64,000 nt of DNA from an uncultured Actinomycetes bacterium (GCA_963709345.1 CAVPVX010000004.1:64001-128000), one strand, 5' to 3'; positions 39,937 through 50,508 are shown, numbered from the stretch's first letter. Numbers and translations are program-made. The notes: generated from the sequence alone by a model not told the origin.

Positions 39937-41374
39937 TTGCAGACGGACCGTGCGGCGGCCCTCAGCACGGTCTGCGGTACTGGCGGGAGCGGCTGATCGG
40001 CGCCATCCTCCTCACCGGAGTCGCTCTCGGCACCGTCGTCTACCCACCAAGCATCTGGCTCGCCGTTCGGGAGCATCTGCCCGCGGTCGTGTTCGCGGAC
40101 ACACTGATTCTCGGCACCGGGATCTCCCTGCTCGTCCTTCGGCGCATCCCTTACTGGATCCGGGCGTCGGCCGTCGTGGCGATCTGCTATCTGCTCGGCT
40201 TCGTGCTCTTTCTGGCGCTGGGGCCCGACGGCGCGGGAATCGTCTGGCTGTTCACCGCGCCCGTTCTTGCCGGCGTTCTCGGCGGGACGAGAGCCGCCTG
40301 CGCCGCGCTGGCGCTGAACGGAGCGACGATCGTCGCCTTCTGCCTGCTGATCCTCAGCAAAGGGGATTCCATCGCAGCGCTCGCCGACCAGCCGGTGGAG
40401 AAGTGGATCGTCATCGGGCTGAACTTCATGCTGCTCAACTCGCTCGTCGCCATTTGCGTGGCACTTCCGCTCCGAGGGCTTCAACGATCGCTCCAGGAGG
40501 TGCAGAGCGCCCGCACTTCGTTGGAGCGCAATCACGAGCAGCTCGCGGCCACGCACGCCGAGCTTCGCACCGCTGATTCAAAACGCAGCAAGGCCGAGAA
40601 CGAGCTCAAGGAGCACTACGGACAACTCGAGGATCTCGTCGAGAAGCGCACGGCGGAGCTCGCCTCGACCAACCAGGAGCTCGAATCGTTCGCCTACTCG
40701 GTCTCCCACGACCTGCGGGCGCCGCTGCGCGCCCTCGACGGCTTCAGCCAGGTGCTGATCGAGGACTACTCCGAGGTGCTCGGCGAGGAGGGCCGCGCCC
40801 ACCTCGAGCGCATCCGCGCCGCCGACGCCCGCATGGGCACCCTGATCGACGCCCTGCTCGAGCTGTCGCGCCTCAGCCGCGGCGAGCTGAAACGAGAGAC
40901 GCTCGACCTCTCGCGCGATGGCCCACGAGCTCGGGCGCCGAGCTTGCGGAGGCCGAGCCCGGAGCGCCACGTCGAGCTGGTCGTCGCCGAGGGGCTCGAG
41001 GCCAGGGCCGACCGCGAACTCGTCGCGCGCCCTGCTCACCAACCTGCTCGGCAACGCCTGGAAGTTCACCGGCGCCCACGAGACGGCGCGCGATCGAGGT
41101 CGGCGCCGCCGCGCTCGACGGCGAGCGCGCCTTCTTCGTGCGCGACGACGGCGCCGGCTTCGACATGGCCTACGCCGAGAAGCTCTTCGGCGCCTTCCAG
41201 CGCCTGCACGGCGCGGGCGAGTTCGAGGGCCTCGGCATCGGCCTCGCCACCGTGCAGCGCGTCGTGCGTCGGCATGGCGGACGGGTGTGGGCCGAAGGCG
41301 CGGTGGAGCAGGGCGCGACGTTCTTCTTCACGTTGCCGGCGGCTGCCGGCGAGGACTCACCGGCGGGTCTGTGA
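39937..41374 (+). pseudogene. Membrane sensor histidine kinase with several frameshifts
   Basis: TM sensor from GLRYWRERL; [13 protein letters not shown]; NLLGNAWKF and DDGAGFD lie in other frames (shifts near 39960, 40918, 41030, 41090); start uncertain. Confidence 0.8.
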
Positions 41375-41441
41375 TTTCCGTCGCGTCAGATGATCTGAGC
41401 TGGGCAGGCGGTCAGACGCAGAGGGCGATCAGACGTGGCCG
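41366..41441. repeat. Duplicated kinase 3' junction, copy 1 (possible IS256-like end)
   Basis: GGGTCTGTGA..GTCGCGTCAGATGATCTGAGCTGGGCA also present at 44886. Confidence 0.75.
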
Positions 41442-41640
41442 GGTTCGTTTGGGCAGTTGAACCGGGTTGGTAGGTCATGAACCGCTCGCCATGTAACTGC
41501 TGCTTGCGCGCGTCGTGTATACCAGTAGACCTCGTCGGCGTACGGTCGCTCAGGCCCTGGCGCCGGCGCCGGTGGTGGTAGAAGTCGAAGTGGGCGGCCA
41601 GCTCCGTGCGTGCCCCGGTCAAGATGAGGGCGGTTCGAGG
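41432..41640 (-). mobile_element. IS3-family transposase C-terminal remnant with terminal IR
   Basis: ARTELAAHFDFYHHRRRRQGLSDRTP/DEVYW followed by ACTGCCCAAACGAACCCGGCCACGTCT. Confidence 0.7.
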
Positions 41641-41925
41641 TTGGCACAGCAAGGCTGCAAGCCTTCGCCGGAGGAGTGCACCAGCGAGTGTTTCAGCAGC
41701 TTGCCACTCGCCAAGGTGGCCGCTCAAACCGGCAGGCAGGTCGTCCCGCGAAGCGGGATGCTGTCCATTGGCCGACGACAGCGGGCAGGCCGGCAGCGTT
41801 CGGGGCAGCGATGCCGAAGCCGTTCCCGATGCTCTGGCGCGCTTCGTGCAATGGGCATAGAGTGCTGATGCGTCCGCGGCACTCAGTGGGGGCCAATCGA
41901 GGCGCGGACCGCTGGGAGGAGCGCC

Positions 41926-44895
41926 ATGTCGCCCGATGTTGGCTCAGACCCCGGATCTCAGGCCCTTGGCGCCGCCAAGCAGGCGTTCACCGAGAGCGCT
42001 GAGCAGTGCCGCGTCATCGTCGCCTCACTGCGCGAGGGTATCGTCATGCTCGATCGGGACGGGCACGTCCTCACCCAGAACGACGCCGCCCGTCGCCTGC
42101 TCGGTGATGTGCCGGCGGAGGCGCTCGGCCTTGCGTCCGGGCCGCACGACTGGAACCTCATCGGTGAGGACGGCGAGGTGCTGCCCGCAAGCGACCGCCC
42201 CGGACGCAGGACGCTCGACACGGGCGAGCCGACCAGCGACGTGCTCGCGGGGATCAGGCAAGACGGAGGAGCCGTGACCTGGCTCCTCGTCAACGCCCTC
42301 CCGCTCCCGGCGACCGAAGCCGCCCCCACGCAGGCGGTGCTCCTTGCGTTCTCCGACGTGACCGGCCTCAAGGAAGCGGAGATCGAGTGGCGGCGGCTCA
42401 ACGCCGCGCTCGAAGAGCAGCTTGCGAGCCGCACGCAGCAGCTCGAGGCGACCACCCGGGCGCTCACCGAGGCAGAGGCGGCGTCGGGCACGCTACGCGA
42501 GAGCGAGGAGCGCAACCGTGCGCTCGTCGAGCACCTGCGCAGCGGCGTCGCCGTCTACGAGGCCACCGGCGACGGCGACGACTTCATCATCCGCGATCTC
42601 AACCGCGCCGGAGCGCGCATGGAGAAGACCACGAAGAAGGCGGTCCTCGGCAGGCCGGTGACGAAGGTCTTCCCCGGCATCCGAGAGCTCGGCCTTCTGG
42701 AGGTGTTCCAGCGCGTCTGGCGGAGCGGCAGGGCGGAGCACCTCCCGGCAGCTCTCTACCGCGACGAACACCTCAGCGGCTGGCGCGAGAACTGGATCTA
42801 CCGGTTGCCCTCGGGGCAGGTAGTGGCCATCTACAACGACGTCACTGAGCGCGTCCACGCAGAGCACGCTCTGCGCGAGAGTGAGGCACGCTATCGTTCG
42901 CTCTTCGAAGACTCGCCGTTCGCGATGTGGGAGGAGGACAACTCGGCGGTCAAGGCCCATTTGGAGGAGCTCGCCGCCTCGGGTGTCGACAACGTGATCG
43001 GTCACGTGCTCGCCGACCCACGAGAATACGCGCGCTGCGTCTCGCTGACCCGGGTCATCGATGCGAACAAGGCGGCGGTGCGCCTCTTCGAGGCCAGGAG
43101 CCGTGACGAGCTGCTTGCACGCAACAGCGATCTCTACCGAAGCGAGAGCGCCCGGGGCGTGCACCACTTCTGGTCGGCGATGCTCGCGGGCGATCACCAG
43201 GCGACCTTCGAGGAGTCCAACTTCTCGCTCCGCGGAACGGAGATCCACGTCCTCGAGACCTGCACGGTGGTCCCCGGTCACGAGGCGACGTTCGACCGGG
43301 TCTATGTCGCCGATGTCGACATCACCGAGCGCAAGCATGCCGAAGACGAGCTGCGAGCGAAGCACACCGAGGTCGAGTGTCATCGGGAGCTGCTGGCCAA
43401 GCTGCTCGACACCATTCCAAGTCCCGTCTTCTACAAGGACGCCACCGGTGTCTACCTGGGCTGCAACCGCGCCTTCGAGCAGCTTCTGGGGCGAGAACGC
43501 GGCGAGATCGTCGGCAAGTCGGTCGCCGACATGGCCCCGCCGGAGATCGCAGAGACGTACGACGCGATGGACCGCCGACTCTTCGAGCAGCCGGGAACGC
43601 AGACCTACGAGTGGAAGGTGCAGGCTGCCGACGGCTCGCAGCGCGACGTCGTGTTCAACAAGGCGACGTTCAATGGAGACGACGGGCAGGTCGCAGGACT
43701 CATCGGCGTGATGCTCGACGTCACCGAGCGCAAGCAGGCCGAGGAGATGCTGCAGAGGAGCACCCAGCTCCTCAGGGATACCGGAGCGATGGCCAGGGTC
43801 GGAGGGTGGGAGCTTGACCTCTCGACCGATGAGGTCACATGGAACGACGAGGTCTGCCGGATCCACGGAGTCGAGCCGGGATACGAGCCCAGACTCGACG
43901 AAGCTCTAAGCTTCTTTGCACCCGAATCAAGGCCGGCCCTGGAGCAGGCGATCAAGCACGCTGTCAGGACCGGCGAACCTTGGGATCTCGACCTCCTCTT
44001 CATCCCGGCAGGCAGCAAGGAGAGGATCTGGGTGCGGATGCTGGGCAGGGCCCTCTACAGCGGCGACAGGGTAGCCAGACTTACCGGCACATTCCAGGAT
44101 ATCGATACGTACAGGCGGGCCGAGGACGAGATCCGTCGCCTCAACGCCGAGCTCGAGGAGCGTGTCATCACGCACACCGAGCAGCGCGACGCGGCGGCCA
44201 GGGAGCTCGAGGCGTTCGCCTACTCTGTGGCCCACGACGTACGCACGCCGTTGCGTGCCATCGACGGGTTCGCCACCATGGTGCTCGCAGACGACGGTGA
44301 GCACCTGAGCCCGGCATCTGTCGAGCACCTGGGGCGGGCACACGATGCGGCGCAGCGCATGGCGCACCTCCTCGATGACGTGCTCGGGCTCTCGCGCGTC
44401 TCGAGTCGTGATATGCACCGCGAACCGGTCGACCTCAGACGCCTTGCTCTCGAGGTCGCCGAGGAGCTGCGCGCCGAGCAACCGCAGCGCCAGGTGGAGT
44501 TCGCGGTGGCGCCCGACCTCGACGCCGACGCCGACCCGGCGCTGACCAGGCTTGTCCTGCGTGAACTGCTCGCCAACGCCTGGAAGTTCACCGCCGGGCG
44601 CGACGTCGCCCACGTCGAGGTAGGCGCGCGGGATGCCCATGGCGAGCGCGCCTTCTACGTGCGCGACGACGGCGCCGGCTTCGACATGCGCTGCGCCGAG
44701 CATCTCTTCGGCGCCTTCCAGCGCATGCACCGGGCGGAGGACTTCGGGGGGGACGGCATCGGGCTCGCTACCGTGCAGCGCATCGTGCGTCGCCACGGCG
44801 GCCGCGTGTGGGCCGAGGCCGAGGTGGAGCAGGGCGCGACCTTCTACTTCACGTTGCCGGTGGCGACTGGCAAGGACTCACTGCCGGGTCTGTGA
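41926..44895 (+). CDS. Cytoplasmic multi-PAS sensor histidine kinase
   Basis: GGAGGAG RBS; about 5 PAS/PAC domains; FAYSVAHDVRTPL, NAWKF, DDGAGFD, GIGL. Confidence 0.93.
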   Translation: MSPDVGSDPGSQALGAAKQAFTESAEQCRVIVASLREGIVMLDRDGHVLTQNDAARRLLGDVPAEALGLASGPHDWNLIGEDGEVLPASDRPGRRTLDTGEPTSDVLAGIRQDGGAVTWLLVNALPLPATEAAPTQAVLLAFSDVTGLKEAEIEWRRLNAALEEQLASRTQQLEATTRALTEAEAASGTLRESEERNRALVEHLRSGVAVYEATGDGDDFIIRDLNRAGARMEKTTKKAVLGRPVTKVFPGIRELGLLEVFQRVWRSGRAEHLPAALYRDEHLSGWRENWIYRLPSGQVVAIYNDVTERVHAEHALRESEARYRSLFEDSPFAMWEEDNSAVKAHLEELAASGVDNVIGHVLADPREYARCVSLTRVIDANKAAVRLFEARSRDELLARNSDLYRSESARGVHHFWSAMLAGDHQATFEESNFSLRGTEIHVLETCTVVPGHEATFDRVYVADVDITERKHAEDELRAKHTEVECHRELLAKLLDTIPSPVFYKDATGVYLGCNRAFEQLLGRERGEIVGKSVADMAPPEIAETYDAMDRRLFEQPGTQTYEWKVQAADGSQRDVVFNKATFNGDDGQVAGLIGVMLDVTERKQAEEMLQRSTQLLRDTGAMARVGGWELDLSTDEVTWNDEVCRIHGVEPGYEPRLDEALSFFAPESRPALEQAIKHAVRTGEPWDLDLLFIPAGSKERIWVRMLGRALYSGDRVARLTGTFQDIDTYRRAEDEIRRLNAELEERVITHTEQRDAAARELEAFAYSVAHDVRTPLRAIDGFATMVLADDGEHLSPASVEHLGRAHDAAQRMAHLLDDVLGLSRVSSRDMHREPVDLRRLALEVAEELRAEQPQRQVEFAVAPDLDADADPALTRLVLRELLANAWKFTAGRDVAHVEVGARDAHGERAFYVRDDGAGFDMRCAEHLFGAFQRMHRAEDFGGDGIGLATVQRIVRRHGGRVWAEAEVEQGATFYFTLPVATGKDSLPGL

Positions 44896-44963
44896 GTTCT
44901 GTCGCGTCAGATGATCTGAGCTGGGCACGCGGCCAGTCGCAGAAGACGATGCAGGCGTGGCCG
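44886..44963. repeat. Duplicated kinase 3' junction, copy 2
   Basis: Aligns with 41366-41441. Confidence 0.75.
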
Positions 44964-45010
44964 ACGCCACCGCGCCGACTGGCGCCATCGAAGCCCAACC
45001 ACTGCCGGCC

Positions 45011-45052
45011 GCGCGCACGGGATTCGGACCCGTGTTACCGCGTGAGGGGGCG
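45011..45052 (-). repeat. Degenerate att-like copy of the tRNA-Glu 3' portion
   Basis: GCGCGCACGGGATTCGGACCCGTGTTACCG-CGTGAGGGGGCG versus the tRNA: 4 substitutions, 1 deletion, CCA end lost. Confidence 0.8.
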
Positions 45053-45064
45053 CCCCTCCTGGGC

Positions 45065-46195
45065 TCAGACAGCCTCTCGAGAGGGGCATTGGCCCAGCCA
45101 GTCCCGGTCGGCGAGCCTGGTCTGGGCGCCTAGTACGTCCTCCCGCAGGATCTGTCGCATCTTCTCGGGCTCCTCGAACGCCGGGCTGTGGGCCGACTTC
45201 TCGAACGTGTAGAACCCTTTGACCGGCGCCTCCAGCAGGGCCAGGTACTCCTTCGCCTGGCTGTAGGAAACGGTGTGGTCGAAGATGCCCGAGACGAAGT
45301 GGGCGGGCATCTTGAGCTCGGTGATCCGCCTGGTCAGGTCGTCGCCCTGTATCTCGTCCCACAGGCCGAAGCCCTTGGCGGCGAACTTGCCACGCCAGAT
45401 GTCGAGCTTCTCGCCCAGCGTGTACTCGCGGTTCAGCCACGACGGCAGGAAGATCCCGCTGATTACCGAGCTCATGTCGTGCGTCGTGCCCACGCCCAGG
45501 CCGTGCATCGCCGGGTCGCGTAGCGCCATGTACGTGCGCGACATCGGCAGTGTCCACGTGCACGGCGACTTCTCGAGCCTGCGCACCATCTTGTCGTCGC
45601 CGATCTCCTCGTACCGCTCGAGCATGTACCGGTAGGTCGCGTTCTCGGACTTGAGCTGGTAGGAGACCTGGCCCATGCCGATGTACGCCCTGTAGAGCTC
45701 CGGATGCTGAGCGGCCGCCTGGATGCCGATGTAGCTGCCCCACGAATGCCCCAGCAGGTAGATCTTGTCCTGACCGAAGCGCTCGCGCAGGTAGTCGGTG
45801 ACGGCGATCGTGTCGGCCACGAAGTGGTCTCGCGTCATGGTCTCCGGAGGCACACCGTCCCGGGAGAGCCCTGCGCCGCGCTGGTCCCACCACACCACCG
45901 TGAAGTCGTCCTCGAGACCCGTGGGGTACTTCTGCTCGAGGACGTACCCCGGCATCCCCGGCCCGCCGTGCACGAACAGCAGTACGGGATGGGATGCGTC
46001 CCTGCTCCGGACGATCATGCCCTGGTCCACGCCGTTGATCCTGACGTGGATCTTCTCGTTGATGCTGTTCGGCAGCGGTCTCCCGTGCTCGTCGAGGATC
46101 GGCCTCAGCCTCCCGGGGCTGACGAGGAAGAGTGCGGCCGCGGCGGCGGCCGCCGCCGCGGCGCCCGCCATCACGGAAGGCGGGACGCGACTCAC
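45065..46195 (-). CDS. Alpha/beta hydrolase (proline iminopeptidase-like)
   Basis: HGGPG, WDQRGAG, GHSWGS, SAHSPAFEEP; GTG start at 46195; in frame with PadR as sequenced. Confidence 0.85.
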   Translation of the reverse strand: MSRVPPSVMAGAAAAAAAAAALFLVSPGRLRPILDEHGRPLPNSINEKIHVRINGVDQGMIVRSRDASHPVLLFVHGGPGMPGYVLEQKYPTGLEDDFTVVWWDQRGAGLSRDGVPPETMTRDHFVADTIAVTDYLRERFGQDKIYLLGHSWGSYIGIQAAAQHPELYRAYIGMGQVSYQLKSENATYRYMLERYEEIGDDKMVRRLEKSPCTWTLPMSRTYMALRDPAMHGLGVGTTHDMSSVISGIFLPSWLNREYTLGEKLDIWRGKFAAKGFGLWDEIQGDDLTRRITELKMPAHFVSGIFDHTVSYSQAKEYLALLEAPVKGFYTFEKSAHSPAFEEPEKMRQILREDVLGAQTRLADRDWLGQCPSREAV

Positions 46196-46753
46196 TTGCC
46201 GCTCGCCGGTTCGAGGGCGCTCAGGCACGCGACTCGCCTCGTCGCACCAGTCGACGAACGCCTGGCTCACGCGCTCGCCGCAGCGAACCGTGAGCAGGGA
46301 GTAGGCAAGGTTGGGGGCATCGCGGTACTGCTCCTTGAGCTGTTCGGTGATGCCCTCGTAGCGCTGCAAGAGCGCCTCGTGCTCCTGCCTGAAGCGCTGG
46401 ACGTGCTCGATTGTCACGTCCGGCCCGACCTCGATGCCGTGCATCACCTTCAGCAGCACCTCCACGCGGTACTGGAAGGTGTCGGCGGGCGACGCGAGCC
46501 ACTCGCGCAGCGCCTCACGGCCGGCTTCGGTGATCTGGTAGACCTTGCGATCCGGTCGTCCTTCATTGTGGTCGACGGAGAACGTCGCCAGACCCTCGGC
46601 CTCAAGCTGCTTGAGGATCGGGTAGATCTGCCCGTAGCTTTCGCTCCAGAAGTTGCCTGCGCTGCCCATGTACTGCTTGCGCATGTCGTAGCCGGACTGC
46701 GGCCGCCGCGACAGCAGGCCCAGGACGGCGTACTTGGTCTTGTTCTCGCGCAT
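46192..46753 (-). CDS. PadR family regulator with Vir_act_alpha_C domain
   Basis: YAVLGLL..SGYDM..FWSESYGQIYPILKQL..RKVYQITEAG; the probable natural TGA at 46192-94 is one base out of frame. Confidence 0.88.
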
Positions 46754-46790
46754 GTCATGCCTCCTTGTCGGACCCCACTCTACTCCAAAA

Positions 46791-46829
46791 AGATATGTAT
46801 TGACAGAGGATATATCTGCAAGTTATAGT
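46791..46829 (+). promoter_or_regulatory. Sigma70 promoter overlapped by a palindromic putative PadR operator
   Basis: TTGACA(46800)-N18-TATAGT; imperfect IR AGATATGT..ATATATCT spans the -35 box. Confidence 0.72.
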
Positions 46830-46869
46830 GCTGGCCAGAATAGGTCAACCAGACCGATGGGAGGCACTG

Positions 46870-48528
46870 ATGGCGACAAGAGACCCCGGGACGGGGGCGA
46901 CCCACAAGCAAGGCATCGTGGAGCCGGATCACGCGACTGAACCACGCCCTGGCGGCTCCCCTCGCGGGTGGCGCGAGCGGCTCAAGTCGGTGTCGGCCAC
47001 CGCACGTGCAGATATGAGGCGGACGAACAGATGGGCGCGGTCGGGCGTCGTTGTCGGCGCCCCGGCGCTGGCTGCGTTTGCGCTCGGACTGGCGATGCCG
47101 CGAGGCCCCGTCTCGACCGGGGACGCGCTCGTATCGATGCTCACGTGCCTGGCCGTCGGTCTCCTCTCGGGCTTCGCCCTGCGCTCCCGCTGGGCGCTGC
47201 TCGTAGCTCCTCTCGTCTTCGCCGGTGTCTTCGAGCTGGTGCGTCTGAGCGAGGTCGGCCCGACGGTGGAAGGAATCAACGTGGGCTCGGCGTACGGCGT
47301 CATCGCCTTCATCAGCGGCCGCGGCGTCCACTTCGTGCTGGCGCTGCTGCCGATGCTCCTCGGGGCCGCCATCGGGGCGGGCATCGCGCGGCGTGCGGGC
47401 GGCGTCACCGCGTCGCCGCCGCGCCGTGTCGGGCTCGTCGCGCGTCGTGTTGTGGCCGGCGCCACCGCGCTCGCCTTGCTGGCGCTCGCGGTCTTCATCG
47501 CCGTGCCCGCCGGTACTCCGCAGATCCGTGGCGCCCACGGCGCCGTCGTCCCGGGGAGCATCGCCGAGCTGGTCAGCGTCGAAGTCGACGGCAGCGAGCA
47601 GGCGCTGATGATCCGCGGCAACAGCACCGACAACCCGGTCCTCCTGTTCCTCGCGGGTGGACCCGGCGGCAGCGAGATCGGCTCGATGCGAAACCTGAGC
47701 GAAGGTCTCGAGGAGGACTTCGTCGTCGCTACCTGGGACCAGCCCGGCACCGGCAAGTCAGTGGGTGCCTTCGACCCCCGCATGACCCTCGACGACATGG
47801 TCGCCGACACTATCGCGGTCACGGAGTATCTGCGCGAACGCTTCGGCGAGCAGAGAATCTACCTTGTCGGTAACTCCTGGGGCACGATCCTTGGGGCGCT
47901 CACCGCCAAACAGGCCCCGGATCTGTACTACGCGCTGGTCGGTACCGGCCAAATGGTCAGCTTTGTCGAGACCGACCGGATGTTCTACGAGGACACGCTC
48001 GCGTGGGCGAATCGCGAAGGCAACGTCGAGCTGAGCAACGTGCTCCGCGCAAACGGCCCGCCGCCCTACGAAGACACCCTCAAGTACGAAGCTGCCCTCT
48101 CGCACGAGCACGACTGGAACGTCTATCCGGGGCAGGATGCGCTCTCACAGAAGGGCGAGATGCCCGGCAACATCATGGTCGAGGAGTACTCACTGATGGA
48201 GAAGCTGCGGCTGATGGGCGGCATGCTCGACACGTTCTGCACGCTCTACCCGCAGCTCGACGGCATCGACCTGCGCCGCGACGCCGCCTGCCTCGACGTG
48301 CCCGTCTACCTCGTTCAGGGCGCGCACGAGGCTCGTGGACGCGCCGTCCCCGCCGGTGAGTGGTTCGAGATGCTGACGGCGCCGGGCAAGCAGATGATCG
48401 TGTTCGAGCAGTCCGGCCACAAGCCCTCGTTCGAGGAACCCGAGCGGTTTGTGCAGGTGATGACCAGCACCGTGCTTGCCGAGACCTACCCGGGCTTCCG
48501 CGACCGAGCAGAAGGAATCTCGAACTGA
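46870..48528 (+). CDS. Membrane-anchored alpha/beta hydrolase
   Basis: About 5 TM helices, then LAGGPGG, WDQPGTGKS, GNSWG, SGHKPSFEEP. Confidence 0.87.
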   Translation: MATRDPGTGATHKQGIVEPDHATEPRPGGSPRGWRERLKSVSATARADMRRTNRWARSGVVVGAPALAAFALGLAMPRGPVSTGDALVSMLTCLAVGLLSGFALRSRWALLVAPLVFAGVFELVRLSEVGPTVEGINVGSAYGVIAFISGRGVHFVLALLPMLLGAAIGAGIARRAGGVTASPPRRVGLVARRVVAGATALALLALAVFIAVPAGTPQIRGAHGAVVPGSIAELVSVEVDGSEQALMIRGNSTDNPVLLFLAGGPGGSEIGSMRNLSEGLEEDFVVATWDQPGTGKSVGAFDPRMTLDDMVADTIAVTEYLRERFGEQRIYLVGNSWGTILGALTAKQAPDLYYALVGTGQMVSFVETDRMFYEDTLAWANREGNVELSNVLRANGPPPYEDTLKYEAALSHEHDWNVYPGQDALSQKGEMPGNIMVEEYSLMEKLRLMGGMLDTFCTLYPQLDGIDLRRDAACLDVPVYLVQGAHEARGRAVPAGEWFEMLTAPGKQMIVFEQSGHKPSFEEPERFVQVMTSTVLAETYPGFRDRAEGISN

Positions 48529-48592
48529 GAACGTGCGTGGTCATCGACTTACGGTCCGCCGGCAGCGGCGGTCCCCAACACGGAGAGCAACG

Positions 48593-49624
48593 ATGAATCC
48601 GACTCATGCATACGACGAGGCCGCCGGCGACATCCGGCGGCCGGGAGCAGAACAACCGCTGGGAGAGCCGGACGCCAGAGAGCTGATCAGGCATGCCGCG
48701 CTCGCGGCCTCCAGTCACAACACGCAGCCCTGGAGCTTCCGCATCGAGAGCGACCGGATAACCATCCTGCCCGACTACTCGCGGCGCTGCCCGGTGGTCG
48801 ATCCGGATGACGGCCACCTGTTCAAGAGCCTGGGCTGCGCCGCCGAGAACCTCGTTCACGCGGCAGCCGCGCAGGGGTTCTCGACCGACGTGCGATTCGA
48901 CGCCCGTGACGACGCCGTCACCGTGCTTCTGCACCCCGACGCCACGGCGCGCGCAACGGAGCTCTATCGGGCGATACCCAGGCGGCAGAGCGTGAAGGCC
49001 GCCTACGATGGCCGCCCGGTCGACTCCGTGGAAGTCGACGCGCTGGCCGAGGCGGGCAGGCAGTCATCCGTCCGCGCGATCCTGTTGACGTCAGACGAAC
49101 AGAAGGACGCGGTCGTCGACTACGTCAACCGGGGAAACGCCGCCCAGTTGACCGACATGGCCTTCAGAAACGAGCTCGCTTCATGGATCCGTTTCAATCC
49201 TGCCGACGCACTGCGGCAAGGCGACGGCCTTGCCGGACGCACCAGCGGCCAGCCGGCACTACCCAGCTGGCTCGCCAAGGCGATCCTCAGGTTCATCATC
49301 ACTCCCGAGGGCCAAGCCAAGACGGATGCAGCGGCCATCAAGAGCGCCGCCGGTGTCGCGGTCTTCGTGTCGAGCCAGGACGGCAAGGCGGCGTGGGTCG
49401 ACGTCGGCCGCGCCTACGAGCGCTTCGCCCTGCAGGCGACGGCACTCGAGATCCGCACCGCCTTCATCAACCAGCCGCTCGAAGTCCACGAGCTGCGCCC
49501 GGCACTCGAATCGTGGCTGGGGCTTGAGGGTGAGCATGCGCTGCTGATGGTCCGTTTCGGCCACGGGCCCACCGCGCCCTTCAGCCTGCGCCGCCCCATC
49601 GACGACGTGATCCTCGCGGCATGA
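48593..49624 (+). CDS. Acg-family FMN-binding nitroreductase-like protein
   Basis: LAASSHNTQPW, DPDDGHLFKSLGCAAENL, WVDVGRAYER, RRPIDDV. Confidence 0.85.
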   Translation: MNPTHAYDEAAGDIRRPGAEQPLGEPDARELIRHAALAASSHNTQPWSFRIESDRITILPDYSRRCPVVDPDDGHLFKSLGCAAENLVHAAAAQGFSTDVRFDARDDAVTVLLHPDATARATELYRAIPRRQSVKAAYDGRPVDSVEVDALAEAGRQSSVRAILLTSDEQKDAVVDYVNRGNAAQLTDMAFRNELASWIRFNPADALRQGDGLAGRTSGQPALPSWLAKAILRFIITPEGQAKTDAAAIKSAAGVAVFVSSQDGKAAWVDVGRAYERFALQATALEIRTAFINQPLEVHELRPALESWLGLEGEHALLMVRFGHGPTAPFSLRRPIDDVILAA

Positions 49625-49829
49625 CTCAGGCAGGTGGGGGCAGCGTCTCGCAAGGCCCCAGCCGTGCGGCCGCTTGCAGGTATCGCGCGCGCACCACGCC
49701 TGGCGGCGCTTCGACAGAGAGGAACACGCCCGGCGCTGAGCTCGATGCGCCTCGCCGGGGTCAAGTCCCGATGTGTGGTGTACCGGCACGAGCCGTCACG
49801 AGGCGACACGGACTAGCTCTGCGGCGGCC

Positions 49830-50243
49830 TCACCCGTAGTTGCGCCGCTCCGGCCCCCAGTAGCGCACCTCGGTGGCGCGCCGATCGGGGACCCACTGCA
49901 CATCCGGGCCGTTGGCAAAGTGGCCTTGCCGCCGGTACATGGCGTCAGTAATGGACCGCCCCAGCACCGCCATGAGGTCGTCACTCGGCGAGGACATCCA
50001 GGACTCTTCCTCGAGACTAAGGACGTCACCGTCCTCCAGTACGAGGTATCCGCTCCCTTCGGAGCGCCCGTCCGTGAGGAGAAAGCCGTGGGCGGGTACG
50101 GTCTGGTCCGACGACCAGTCGGGCGACGCGCCCGGACCGAACATCACATCTCTGTTCGGGGACTGGCCGTGAGTCCTGACCTTCTTCAGCCACTCCGACG
50201 TCACCTGACGCAGTTTTTCGGGACTCTGCGACGGATACGTCAT
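49830..50243 (-). CDS. Hypothetical protein with C-terminal DRR/YWGPERR motif
   Basis: GGGAGG RBS before ATG 50243; protein-like composition. Confidence 0.5.
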   Translation of the reverse strand: MTYPSQSPEKLRQVTSEWLKKVRTHGQSPNRDVMFGPGASPDWSSDQTVPAHGFLLTDGRSEGSGYLVLEDGDVLSLEEESWMSSPSDDLMAVLGRSITDAMYRRQGHFANGPDVQWVPDRRATEVRYWGPERRNYG

Positions 50244-50508
50244 GAGAGGCGCCTCCCCTCGGCCCGAACGGCCGGACGCGGACGTTTCATCCAAACGCCC
50301 TACTGTGTCAATTGTATACCTGCGAAAGTCGGCGTCCAGGGGTGTCCAGACGCAGAAGCGGCCGGGAGAAGCGTTCATCTGACTCCCCAGCTGCATCGGC
50401 AGCGTAGCGCAGTCTGCGGCCGCCTCACGTGCATCGTCCTGCGGCATAGATCCAGCTCGATGCAGCGCGGGACTCACGCGAGCTTGCGTTGCCCTTCTAC
50501 GCGAAGAA

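Noticed and set aside
41270-44963. Duplicated kinase 3' ends as a DGR template/variable repeat pair
   Set aside because: No reverse transcriptase in the window, and the differences are not adenine-specific
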